A stretch of DNA of 64,000 nucleotides, taken from positions 62,001-126,000 of the IMG/VR virus record IMGVR_UViG_3300042868_005134. One strand, written 5' to 3'. Shown here piece by piece: positions 35,367 to 44,815 of this stretch. Position numbers and translations under genes: made by a program. The notes under the pieces are model-generated. The model had not been told where the DNA came from. It did no database searches and saw only the letters and a program-made list of their open reading frames with translations. The stretch's first letter is position 1. Each line of letters starts with the position of its first letter.

Positions 35367-35750
35367 ATGACTAAAGTAAATTATGACAGTTTTGCCTCGT
35401 TTGACATTAACGAGTGCTGTGACCACTTTGACAGTGAGAAGCAGAGCAACTGGAAGAAGATAAACAAGTTCATCGTGGCAGATGGACAAGAGTACGCCCA
35501 CATTATGGAGTCAGAGTTTGACTTTGAAGACACAGGTGATGGCGAGTACGAGGCCTTCCAAGCAGGCGTCAAGTATGCGCTTACCAAGATGAACATTGCC
35601 TTTGAAGCGGCCGCCATAGACCTCCAGGTATGCGAGGTGGACTTGGTAGAGAGCATGGGCTTTGTGCTGGTACGTGCTGACGACGAGCCTGAGGACTTTG
35701 TCAAACGAGTGCTCAAAAAGCCCGTCATGATGGTTGACAGCTGGGTCTAA
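35367..35750 (+). CDS. Acidic early hypothetical protein
   Basis: Promoter plus GGGAGCGA. Confidence 0.85.
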   Translation: MTKVNYDSFASFDINECCDHFDSEKQSNWKKINKFIVADGQEYAHIMESEFDFEDTGDGEYEAFQAGVKYALTKMNIAFEAAAIDLQVCEVDLVESMGFVLVRADDEPEDFVKRVLKKPVMMVDSWV

Positions 35751-35792
35751 ACGTGTTATAATAAACACTTAAACAACACACAGGAGCGACCT

Positions 35793-36086
35793 ATGCGTAC
35801 TATACAAGAGATTAACACAGCTATCATCCAAGGTGGTCTTACCAATGATGAGCTGGTCAGCGTGATTGATGCTGTTAAGTTTGCCCGTAGCCGACTGACA
35901 CAGCTGGCCAAGTACACCTTGCGGGTTGGTGACAGCGTCAAGTTTACCAGCTCAAAGACTGGCATGACCCTACAGGGCCGTGTGGAGAAGATTGCCATTA
36001 AATATGTAACTGTGCGTACAGCACAGGGCGCATGGAGAGTGCCCGCCAACATGTTGTCCAAAATGGATGACTTAGTAGCGGCTTGA
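35793..36086 (+). CDS. Early hypothetical protein with SH3/KOW-like C-terminus
   Basis: LRVGDSVKF...GRVEKIAIKYVTV...WRVPANML. Confidence 0.85.
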   Translation: MRTIQEINTAIIQGGLTNDELVSVIDAVKFARSRLTQLAKYTLRVGDSVKFTSSKTGMTLQGRVEKIAIKYVTVRTAQGAWRVPANMLSKMDDLVAA

Positions 36087-36124
36087 TAGTATAATTACTG
36101 TTTTAAACACGATTGGAGCGAACA

Positions 36125-37024
36125 ATGACAGGTAAAGCATATAAAGTTTTGAATCTAGAAACCATGAAGACCACACGTAAAGCCGCCACTGCCACAGTGA
36201 GCACACTGGAAATGGATAAAATCAACAAGGACCTCAGCAACGTCACCGACGAAGACATCATGGGCCGACTACGCGAACGGTTCAGCATCTTGGATGACAT
36301 GACCCGTGCTGTGAAAAAGGGTGATGTACGTGCCATGATTGTAACAGGCCCTCCGGGTGTGGGCAAGAGCTTTGGCGTGGAGAAAGTACTAGCCAAACAC
36401 GATGTGTTCGCCACAGTGGCACAGAACGAGAAGCTGAAGAAGTATGAAGTGGTCAAGGGCGCAATGAGTGCCATTGGCTTGTACAAGAAGCTCTACGAGT
36501 TTAGCGATAAGAAGTGTATCCTTGTATTCGATGACTGTGACAGCGTATTGTTAGACGACTTGAGTCTCAACATTCTCAAGGCCGCATTGGATTCAAGCAA
36601 GAAGCGTATGATCCATTGGAACACTGACAGTCGTTTGTTGCGTAGTGAAGGTGTGCCCAATCAGTTTGAGTTCAAGGGTGGTGCTATCTTTATTACCAAC
36701 ATCAAGTTTGAGCACGTTCGTAGCAAGAAGCTACAGGATCACTTGGCAGCACTAGAGAGCCGTTGCCATTACTTGGACCTTACCATTGATACGGATCGTG
36801 AGAAGCTGTTGCGTATCCGGCAGGTAGTCAGCGAGTGCGGCATGCTGGACGACTATGAGTTTAGCGACTTAGAGAAGGAAGTGCTCATTGACTTCATTGA
36901 TGAGAAGCAGGGCCGCTTGCGTGAGCTCAGCTTGCGCATGGTACTCAAGCTGGCAGACTTGAAGAAGAGTATGCCCGGCAACTGGCGTAGTGTAGCGGAT
37001 GTAACATGTATGCGTAGGGTCTAA
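36125..37024 (+). CDS. AAA-family P-loop ATPase, last gene of the early array
   Basis: Walker A GPPGVGKS, Walker B ILVFDDCD, IFITN, ALESR; SD GGAGCGAA. Confidence 0.9.
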   Translation: MTGKAYKVLNLETMKTTRKAATATVSTLEMDKINKDLSNVTDEDIMGRLRERFSILDDMTRAVKKGDVRAMIVTGPPGVGKSFGVEKVLAKHDVFATVAQNEKLKKYEVVKGAMSAIGLYKKLYEFSDKKCILVFDDCDSVLLDDLSLNILKAALDSSKKRMIHWNTDSRLLRSEGVPNQFEFKGGAIFITNIKFEHVRSKKLQDHLAALESRCHYLDLTIDTDREKLLRIRQVVSECGMLDDYEFSDLEKEVLIDFIDEKQGRLRELSLRMVLKLADLKKSMPGNWRSVADVTCMRRV

Positions 37025-37031
37025 CCCTACA

Positions 37032-37190
37032 TGTACAGTACAGCTAGCAGCCACTAAGAGCTGTATGCTGTACACTAACTGGCCAACGATTCGCTCCCGG
37101 TAACCAGTTCCTGGCCAGTGAGGCGCACTGGCAGACTAGTCCTGACATCATAATTCCGATTCGCTCCCGGTTGTGTCAGGACTTTTTTTT
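37032..37190 (+). ncRNA. Candidate anti-Shine-Dalgarno sRNA (multi-hairpin 3' UTR RNA ending in an intrinsic terminator)
   Basis: 15-nt repeat CGATTCGCTCCCGGT at 37087 and 37157, each in a hairpin loop; terminator stem 37138-37147/37174-37183 plus T8. Confidence 0.7.
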
Positions 37191-37443
37191 GAGTCGAGTG
37201 ATGACTCGGTCGGGAATATAAAAATAAAAACTATTCTCGAGGGGGTCGGGGCTTATAATATTATATGTAATACTGTAGTTATAAGCCCTTAGTGGTTGTA
37301 AATCACCACCCAGAAAGCATAAGTACTTCTTTTAAAATTTTCGTGACAGAGATTTTTTACCCTACAGGACCCATTTGGACTGTGCGAATTCATCGTGTGT
37401 GTTTCAAACCTCTACTGCGAAGCAGTGCGCTAGAGCGTAGCTA

Positions 37444-37713
37444 CTAGCGTTGACAGTGCGTCAAACAAGCTGTTGTCTTGTTGAATTCAATCAAGGTCCA
37501 CGCTCCTGTAGTCAAGTTAACAGTCAACATCACAGTGGTGTTGTTCTGGGCATTATAGCCATGCCATTGTGGAGTTTCCTTGAATTCTTCTGTCATGGCC
37601 TCGAGCACGGTTGCGGTATCCTCACACATGACCCGTTTGCTCAATGTTCGTGGTTCAGCCCACGACACAGTCATACTCACAGTCAACACTACAACAGTCA
37701 ACAAGTTACGCAT
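37444..37713 (-). CDS. Secreted hypothetical protein
   Basis: Signal peptide; ATAAATA directly upstream. Confidence 0.7.
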   Translation of the reverse strand: MRNLLTVVVLTVSMTVSWAEPRTLSKRVMCEDTATVLEAMTEEFKETPQWHGYNAQNNTTVMLTVNLTTGAWTLIEFNKTTACLTHCQR

Positions 37714-37849
37714 ACAGTATTTATACGGTGGTTAGAACTATTTGAAATGTGTGTACTTAATCTTGGGAAATTTTGCTTCAAAATTTTTTGCGCTCCGCTG
37801 GGCGAGTCAGGCTTAACGCAATCCATCAATTGACCAACTAAATAAAATC

Positions 37850-38485
37850 ATGTATAATACACCAGCAAAATATATCTTCTTAGCAGGTGCTCCCGGCAGT
37901 AAATGGAGCAGTGTGGCCAAATATCTTTACAATAGTCCGGATATAGACACCACGGATCAAAATAGTTCCAGGGTATTTTATCATTCAGCTTGGGGCGCAC
38001 CTGAAGCTATGCACATGGGCGCCTACTTTGATCCGGGCATGGAATCCAATTTGCCCCAAGATTTGGATCAATACAGCCGACAAGAGCTGGAAGCAATATT
38101 TGATCGAGAATTCACGGGCACGGGTCTTCGCATTATTAAAAGCCATATCTTTAGCAATCACATTGATTTTATCAAGAGCACTTGGCCTGAATGTGCCATA
38201 GTGTTAGTCTATCGCAACGACTTCGACTGTCTATCATGGTGGATAGGTTGTGGACATTTCAATATTACCTATCCCTTGTACCATGAATATTATAAAGACT
38301 TGCCCACCATGACTGTTAAAATAGCAGAGCAAAATGTGGGTATTTTAGCAGCCATTGAAAAATATCAGCCTGGCAATCTCAAGGACAATTTGGAACTGTG
38401 CGGTATATTAAACATAGCAGTGCCCGTACTCAAAGACACCTACCAAGATTATGCCGAGTCAGATGTACATGTTAGGGTAATCTAA
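37850..38485 (+). CDS. P-loop/sulfotransferase-like protein
   Basis: FLAGAPGSKWS, IIKSH, VLVYR. Confidence 0.65.
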   Translation: MYNTPAKYIFLAGAPGSKWSSVAKYLYNSPDIDTTDQNSSRVFYHSAWGAPEAMHMGAYFDPGMESNLPQDLDQYSRQELEAIFDREFTGTGLRIIKSHIFSNHIDFIKSTWPECAIVLVYRNDFDCLSWWIGCGHFNITYPLYHEYYKDLPTMTVKIAEQNVGILAAIEKYQPGNLKDNLELCGILNIAVPVLKDTYQDYAESDVHVRVI

Positions 38486-38686
38486 TTGGAAAGTAAATTA
38501 AGATCTGTGGCTAAAACTGTCAGTTGGCGCATTACAGGCAGTTTTAGCACGTTTGTGATATCCTATTTGATCCTGGGAGACTTTTCCATAGCAGGATCCA
38601 TTGCCCTAATTCAAATAACAGCCAACACTTTGCTGTACTATCTACATGAAAGATTGTGGGACAATATCAAGTGGCAACGTCACTGA
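38486..38686 (+). CDS. DUF2061-family membrane protein
   Basis: RSVAKTVSWR...YYLHERLW..IKW. Confidence 0.85.
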   Translation: MESKLRSVAKTVSWRITGSFSTFVISYLILGDFSIAGSIALIQITANTLLYYLHERLWDNIKWQRH

Positions 38687-39354
38687 ATAGCCAAACAATG
38701 AGTGGTTAGAGTCTGTACACTCTCCACAGTGATTTCCACATTGAACACTATAAACCAACTGGCAAAGCCCGTGGTAAACAGAGTGTGTTCCAAACAGGTA
38801 TCCATAAAGTAAACTCTGCCCGGTTCAAATGTTATCAATTTGCCATCAAGTATAAAATACATATTGGGAGGGTTACAGTTTTTCAAGGGCACAAACAATC
38901 TAAAACTGCGAATATTCATGCCGCGGTTATCTCTGTGTACTGGAAAGAAGGCACCTTGCTCCATGCGTATAACATGACTGCGCACTATCCAAGGAGTCAT
39001 GGGACCCATCCACGGTTGGGCAAATTCAAATACAGGTGTGGGTGTTTTGATGTCTAGCTCGTTTACCCTGATGCCAGTTTCCCTAGTATATTCCATGAGA
39101 CTGTCCAAGTCAGGCCTGCCACTGAACCCGCCATCCAAACTGGTTATGCTCAGTCCGTATCTAGCAATGGGTTTGCGTGGATTATACTGTTTCCAATCGT
39201 TTCTAAAAGGTTCAATTTCCCTAAGAAAGTCTTCGGGACTTTTAGCCATATTCAGTTGATATAATTTGCCAAATCTAGTTAGGCTGCTGTACAGCAATGT
39301 GGCAGGGTTGTATGAGTCAGGTAATTGTTGCATTTTATATTTAACAATGGACAC
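38680..39354 (-). CDS. 2OG-Fe(II) oxygenase (Asp/Asn beta-hydroxylase-like)
   Basis: FFPVHRD...FEPGRVYFMDT..EHT. Confidence 0.75.
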   Translation of the reverse strand: MSIVKYKMQQLPDSYNPATLLYSSLTRFGKLYQLNMAKSPEDFLREIEPFRNDWKQYNPRKPIARYGLSITSLDGGFSGRPDLDSLMEYTRETGIRVNELDIKTPTPVFEFAQPWMGPMTPWIVRSHVIRMEQGAFFPVHRDNRGMNIRSFRLFVPLKNCNPPNMYFILDGKLITFEPGRVYFMDTCLEHTLFTTGFASWFIVFNVEITVESVQTLTTHCLAIQ

Positions 39355-40215
39355 AAGCTGATAAATATTTCACAACGTTTAAAAAGGTGCAGTGCCGTGG
39401 ATAGACAACTAATCAAACAAACAATGGCCAATGTCATACATCTCACGCCAGCAAGGCAAGCAGAAATATGCTACCGAGTGGTCATATCAGATAGGGACAA
39501 CGAACATATTTCAGTGGTACTAACGCCCAGCTTGGACAACTTTACGTGGACCAGGATTGGAGAGAAAAATCGAGATAGTCTCTACGAAAGCATGGTATTT
39601 CATACTGGATTAGCCTTGGGCAATCTAACAGAGTGGCTGGATCAGTCTGCTGTCAGTTACACAGTGAGTCGCAGTTTTCCGCCAAAACCAGTTGCTGGTC
39701 AGCATAATGCTCGACAAATATTAAGAAACAACATGGATTATATTGCCTATGAAACAGGCACGTGGATAGAACTACAACGTATCAAGCAACAAGGCGTATT
39801 TAAAAATTATCAGTATGACAGTGCTAAATGTCATAGAGATTTGACATTTGTACTTGCAGCAATTTGTCAAGATCTTGAATTTATGAGCAATGAGCATGTT
39901 CGTGCTGTGCTCATGGAATACTTTGATAGAACTGGACATGTTCTAGTTAGACAAAGTGTTGAACTTGCTGCCTATCAATTTGTTAGAAATCTAGTCAGTG
40001 AGATCATGGATCAAACACTGACTAGTCAACGCTATCAAGCACACACTGACTGCCAGCTAAGTGGTCCAGCTGCAGAGCCCGGTACAGTCGAATGGGTTGA
40101 CATTTTACTTGACACTGTGATCACTGTGCTGGGTCAAGGTCTTGATCATATGCCACCCTTGGTAAACAGTGTGCCCAGACAACAAGATCGTATAGAGGTA
40201 ATTGTAAATGCTTAA
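39325..40215 (+). CDS. Hypothetical protein with KCHRDL...AI..DL..SN helical motif (start probably near 39397)
   Basis: Long ORF; YDSAKCHRDL motif. Confidence 0.65.
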   Translation: MLHFIFNNGHKLINISQRLKRCSAVDRQLIKQTMANVIHLTPARQAEICYRVVISDRDNEHISVVLTPSLDNFTWTRIGEKNRDSLYESMVFHTGLALGNLTEWLDQSAVSYTVSRSFPPKPVAGQHNARQILRNNMDYIAYETGTWIELQRIKQQGVFKNYQYDSAKCHRDLTFVLAAICQDLEFMSNEHVRAVLMEYFDRTGHVLVRQSVELAAYQFVRNLVSEIMDQTLTSQRYQAHTDCQLSGPAAEPGTVEWVDILLDTVITVLGQGLDHMPPLVNSVPRQQDRIEVIVNA

Positions 40216-40783
40216 TTTAGAAAAATGGCAAACTTTTAGCCACACTCATCGCACGTTCAATTTTGAAGAAAGATTAGACAGCCATTTGGTACAAGAGCTA
40301 AAAAACTTAACCGTGCCCGTGGCCAATCAGTTTCACGAAATTGTATTCATCGAGGACAAACAGACCATACAAGCTATCTATGATTTAAGCAGTCTTCCTG
40401 CCAATGATCAATTCAAGTTTAAAAACTTTGAAAGTAGAAAGAACAGTCAGCTATTGGCACCGTTGTTAATCATGGCTATACCCCAAGACTACAATCATAC
40501 CAGCATGTCGCTTGTGGGAGAACTTTATAGTCGCTTGGCCCATAGAGCTATCAAGCAAGGTTGTCAAACAGGGTTCTGTATCTGTTACGAAAAGAATCCA
40601 GCAGAAGTACTATTACATCAAGAAAAGTATACCGCGGCCCGTAGACAATTGGAGCAGATTCCTTTTCTTGCTATAGGACATCATGATAGTAGTGTACCAT
40701 TCAACTTTCAACGCAGAGATGTTAACAAGCTGATTGGCAGCTACGAAAAACTATCAGCAGACAGATATATCACTGTAACGTAA
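40208..40783 (+). CDS. Nitroreductase-like protein
   Basis: HRTFNF, NSQLLAP, GCQTGFCIC, LAIGH. Confidence 0.65.
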   Translation: MLNLEKWQTFSHTHRTFNFEERLDSHLVQELKNLTVPVANQFHEIVFIEDKQTIQAIYDLSSLPANDQFKFKNFESRKNSQLLAPLLIMAIPQDYNHTSMSLVGELYSRLAHRAIKQGCQTGFCICYEKNPAEVLLHQEKYTAARRQLEQIPFLAIGHHDSSVPFNFQRRDVNKLIGSYEKLSADRYITVT

Positions 40784-40840
40784 ATGTAACATGTTTTTTC
40801 CCTAGTAGAGATAAGTACGTGTATAACTTCAGGAAATCCC

Positions 40841-41296
40841 ATGCTGCACGTAATTACTACTCTCAACGACCCTTTACTAGAACTCATCAAGGACGACCCG
40901 GTTCGTCCTGAGATCCCCATTGCTGCTAGAGTCTGTGAGGATGCGGCTGAAGTGTTTGTGTTAATTCGAGATGGTGTGCCAGCTGCCGTTACCTGTGTGA
41001 GATACACTCATGATGTTCCAGGCAGTGTGTCGGAATTGGATAACAGTCAATTGGCCCAAGTGGCAGTTTTCTATACTATTTGGAGTTATCGACCGGGTGC
41101 TGGCCGCGAGCTTATTACTCAAGCACAGGCGCATATACAAACAGCCAAATCAGAAATCACTCGTTTTGTCACATTGAGTCCAAAGACTGATATGGCCCGC
41201 ATATTTCATCATAAAAACGGTGCTAGAACTCTTAGGGAAAATCTCGACACTGTTAACTACGAATATCCAGCTGGCGCAACCCTTCGAGCTGTTTAG
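40841..41296 (+). CDS. GNAT-like hypothetical protein
   Basis: DDPVRP, FYTIWSY..GAGR, TLSPKT.MA..FH.KNGA. Confidence 0.7.
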   Translation: MLHVITTLNDPLLELIKDDPVRPEIPIAARVCEDAAEVFVLIRDGVPAAVTCVRYTHDVPGSVSELDNSQLAQVAVFYTIWSYRPGAGRELITQAQAHIQTAKSEITRFVTLSPKTDMARIFHHKNGARTLRENLDTVNYEYPAGATLRAV

Positions 41297-42774
41297 ACAT
41301 CTTGGGGCAAGTTGTTCAACAGCTGACGCAGTTTGGTGCTTTCCACCTTGGCGGCACTGGGTTTGACAATCATGCCTTCTGTAGGGTCACTGCGGCCCGC
41401 GTTGGGACTAGGGTTAAAAGGATCAAATCCTTCTTTAGGCTGACCTTTTTGGAATTCACTCACGGTGCTGTTACGTTTGATATCAGTGAGAATCTGACTG
41501 CTACGTGTGGTAGACTGCGCCGAGTCTTCACTTTGTTCTTCACTGTTAGTAATGCGCAATGTGTCCACATCAAAGTTTAAATCAATTTTCTGTCCCACAC
41601 CACTGCTACTACGTGTCTTCATTAACTGGATTTGATATTTGCCGCGATCACGCATAGCTCTCGATGTAAAGATACCGAACACGTTATCCGCAGTCTGAAT
41701 CTTGCTTAAGCCACCACTAATGTGACTGTGGTCAAATTCAATTTCTTCTACCGCACCACGATTCAACTGTGCCGCAGTGACAAACACACAGTTCTTTTCC
41801 ACTGCTAGGTTACGTAGTTCTTCACTGACATACTTGTCTTTAACAAACAAGTTTTCAGCACTAATCTTCTTGCTCAAGGGCATTAACAAGTCCATATAGT
41901 CCACCAATAGTACATCGCATTTATGTCCCATTTTGACTTCATACTCTTTCAAATAGGCACGTACATCATTGGCTGTTTTGCCGCTCGGCATATATTTGAC
42001 CTGTAGGTGTCCACTCTTTTTGCCAATAACTCTAACCTTCATTTCAACGTCGTCTATTTGACGAAAGATTTCTCTAGTGGGGATTCCTGTTATCATACTG
42101 TCCACACGCATACTCACAAGCTCTTCACTGAGTTCCAGTGTGAGATAAATTACATTAAGCCCGGCGAGTGCGTAATTTACACCAAGGTTGGCCAAAAACA
42201 AACTCTTACCTGCTCCGCTACCGCCAGCAAAGATGTTGAGTTCTCCGCGATTAAACCCACCAAAGAGTTTCTGATCTACTGCTTCCCAGCCTGTACTAAT
42301 CTGTCCATTCTTGTCCTTGATACGCATCAATCTAGCACGGGGATCTAGAAAGTAATCTGTACCCATGTCCTTCTGTAGGCCAATTTGTACTGCTCGTTTG
42401 ATAAGTTCTTCAACTGGGCCGTATTCGCCTTTCTCCAGCAAGTCGGCACTTTCAAGAATGGCTTTCTCCAGACCTTTATGTTTGATAAAGGTTTCAAAAT
42501 CGGCAAGTAGCCAATCAAAGTGTGCTTCTTGAAGACCGTCAGGTATCTTGAACTCCTGTTGTGTGGCGGCGTTAACAATGTCCACTGTGGGAATAATGTT
42601 ATGGTCATCCACGTAGTCTTTTAGGAATTTTGCCACGCCTTGTAGTTTTCTATCAAACAGAGTGCTATCCCAAATGCCTTGGCAGCGAACAAATGTTTCA
42701 GCATCTGCCAGCATCATTTCTAAATATAATTTCTGGATGTCGTATCCGTAATCTGCGTTTTGTCTTGTTGTCAT
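41293..42774 (-). CDS. Replicative DNA helicase (DnaB/T4 gp41-like)
   Basis: GGSGAGKS, TLELSE, VDYMDL, TAAQLNR, KTR. Confidence 0.95.
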   Translation of the reverse strand: MTTRQNADYGYDIQKLYLEMMLADAETFVRCQGIWDSTLFDRKLQGVAKFLKDYVDDHNIIPTVDIVNAATQQEFKIPDGLQEAHFDWLLADFETFIKHKGLEKAILESADLLEKGEYGPVEELIKRAVQIGLQKDMGTDYFLDPRARLMRIKDKNGQISTGWEAVDQKLFGGFNRGELNIFAGGSGAGKSLFLANLGVNYALAGLNVIYLTLELSEELVSMRVDSMITGIPTREIFRQIDDVEMKVRVIGKKSGHLQVKYMPSGKTANDVRAYLKEYEVKMGHKCDVLLVDYMDLLMPLSKKISAENLFVKDKYVSEELRNLAVEKNCVFVTAAQLNRGAVEEIEFDHSHISGGLSKIQTADNVFGIFTSRAMRDRGKYQIQLMKTRSSSGVGQKIDLNFDVDTLRITNSEEQSEDSAQSTTRSSQILTDIKRNSTVSEFQKGQPKEGFDPFNPSPNAGRSDPTEGMIVKPSAAKVESTKLRQLLNNLPQDV

Positions 42775-42792
42775 TTATATATTATACACTCT

Positions 42793-43743
42793 TTAAATTT
42801 TAATAGCAATATGTTTGACTGGTGCCCAGTCTTTTGTTATTCGTTGTTGAGTATGATACAGTACAGCACCCATACTACTACTTGGATCTCCAGGATTAGG
42901 CAAACTCCAAATATATTTAAATTCGGGTTCTACAAAGCGTTTGTTAGCATCACTGTTCATGGCACACCCGCCCATATAAACGAGGCAATCGGCATTGGTT
43001 AATGTTTTAGCCCTATACATAACTTTGTAAATTTCCAGTTCAAATCGTTCCTGTACCGCGGCCGCAATATCGCATTGTTCTTGAATACGTATAGGTTCCG
43101 GACTCCAATTCAATACTCCTCGGTGAAAATTATAGTCTAACACCACCGGTCCTGATTTAAAATATAAACTCAGATCATTTCGAAATCTTTTAGGATCACC
43201 TTGTTTTGCCATCTGCTGTAATAGGTATTCGTCACGTATAGGTTCAAGACCCAGCATTTTTGTAAAGGCACTATAGAACAGACCCAAACTATGTGGATAT
43301 CTCGCACTCCATACTTTTTTCATTTTGCCGTGACGTGCTTCCCAGATTGTAGCACATTCGAATTCTCCTATAGCATCTAGTACCACAACAGCACAGTGAT
43401 TAAAGGGACTAGTATAATATCCAGCGGCAGCATGACTAGCATGATGCGGAGTATACGTAACTGGTATATTTCCCAAACCCCATTTTTTAAGATGACGACT
43501 GGGCAGATTGTCTAATCTAAATGCTGTACTATATTGTTTAGCATATATTTGTCTAGCTTTCTTGACCCAGGGATTTTCATACCAGAAAATACGATCTGGT
43601 TCCCAACCGGTGAACATAGCGTCACTTATTAGTTTGTGTGGATTATCACGAGTCTTATCAACGCTATTATCTATCAGTTGATCGTTGTGAAACACAGCAA
43701 GACTACTGCCGTGATTAAGAGCGTTTATGCCCCACTGTATCAT
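42793..43743 (-). CDS. Carbamoyltransferase N-terminal domain (NodU/CmcH)
   Basis: HHASHAAAGYYTSPF, DAIGE, SLGLFYS, GGCAMN, GD. Confidence 0.88.
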   Translation of the reverse strand: MIQWGINALNHGSSLAVFHNDQLIDNSVDKTRDNPHKLISDAMFTGWEPDRIFWYENPWVKKARQIYAKQYSTAFRLDNLPSRHLKKWGLGNIPVTYTPHHASHAAAGYYTSPFNHCAVVVLDAIGEFECATIWEARHGKMKKVWSARYPHSLGLFYSAFTKMLGLEPIRDEYLLQQMAKQGDPKRFRNDLSLYFKSGPVVLDYNFHRGVLNWSPEPIRIQEQCDIAAAVQERFELEIYKVMYRAKTLTNADCLVYMGGCAMNSDANKRFVEPEFKYIWSLPNPGDPSSSMGAVLYHTQQRITKDWAPVKHIAIKI

Positions 43744-43841
43744 TTGTAAATATACGGATCTTTTTTCCGTAGTTCCTTGCGGCGTTTACGTAATTCAAAA
43801 TAATCTTTTATATTATAGTATATATTTTTTAGCCAAGCCAT
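43740..43841 (-). CDS. 33-aa basic peptide ending KKDPYIYK (not in ORF track)
   Basis: MAWLKNIYYNIKDYFELRKRRKELRKKDPYIYK; overlaps primase end and carbamoyltransferase start. Confidence 0.65.
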   Translation of the reverse strand: MAWLKNIYYNIKDYFELRKRRKELRKKDPYIYK

Positions 43842-44806
43842 TTTTTCATCCTTAGTTGTATTTTTAAAGGCATAGATTCTTTACTACTTGCTATGCTCCA
43901 CAGAGTATATAGCTTTCCGTAAAGTCTCACAGAATCATTCACATCTTTAACACCTTCGGGCCAATCAGGCATGCTAACACTCCATCCCAATTCAATCGCC
44001 TGTTCTGCCATTTTTAATCCTGCCTGATCTCTGTCCGGTACAACTACTATTTCTCGCTGTAGTTGATTTAATAGTGCTATTTGTTGCGGGCCCACTTCGT
44101 TACTCATTACAGCACAACCATCCACACAGATAGCATCTAGCGGTCCTTCTGTTACTATAGTAAATTTACGAGCATAGTCTTGTCGGTCTAAATTAAACAC
44201 ATAACCAGGTTGCTGTTCACTAATGTATTTGACTTTACTATCTCGTATCGATCTGGAGGTATAACCCACAAGTCTACCTTGGTAATAAAATGGCACAATT
44301 AATCTGTTTTGAAACCCATCTTCATCAGTCCAGTGCCACGGGTAATCGTCTACAGTAAAACCTCGTGAATACATATATTCTAAAACGGGTCGTAGTTCTT
44401 CTGGATCACTATCTAACCAAGACAGTATGGGCTTTGAGCCCAAGGGCATTGCTTTATCTATAAAAGTAGGAATGACGTTAACTGTTCCCTTATAAGCAGG
44501 ATCTTCGTTTAGTCTTAGTGCTTCTAAACTACATTTTGTAATTAAATCATCTGCCACATTGAGCCACTGTAACAGTCTTTTAAATTTAATTGAAATCTTT
44601 CTACCAGGTTGCCAACTTGCTTTGAAACCGCAATTAAAACAATGATAGCTTACGCCTTCAGTTATCATTATGCCGCCTCGACCCCTAGTATCGAAGCTAG
44701 ATCCATTGTGATGACAGCAGATAGCATTAAAGCTAATCCACCCGCTGGGGGTTGCTTTTCTCTTGGGAGGTAGGTAAGATGTTACTGTGTCTATGATAAG
44801 GCTCAT
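43829..44806 (-). CDS. DNA primase (T4 gp61-like, Zn finger + TOPRIM)
   Basis: YHCFNCG, TEGPLDA, VPDRDQAG, KDVND. Confidence 0.92.
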   Translation of the reverse strand: MSLIIDTVTSYLPPKRKATPSGWISFNAICCHHNGSSFDTRGRGGIMITEGVSYHCFNCGFKASWQPGRKISIKFKRLLQWLNVADDLITKCSLEALRLNEDPAYKGTVNVIPTFIDKAMPLGSKPILSWLDSDPEELRPVLEYMYSRGFTVDDYPWHWTDEDGFQNRLIVPFYYQGRLVGYTSRSIRDSKVKYISEQQPGYVFNLDRQDYARKFTIVTEGPLDAICVDGCAVMSNEVGPQQIALLNQLQREIVVVPDRDQAGLKMAEQAIELGWSVSMPDWPEGVKDVNDSVRLYGKLYTLWSIASSKESMPLKIQLRMKKWLG

Positions 44807-44815
44807 AGACTAATT

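Noticed and set aside
37087-37171. Minus-strand reading as a CsrA/RsmA sponge (GGA loops)
   Set aside because: The U-tract terminator and upstream transcription are on the plus strand and no minus-strand promoter is evident; kept only as a less likely alternative.
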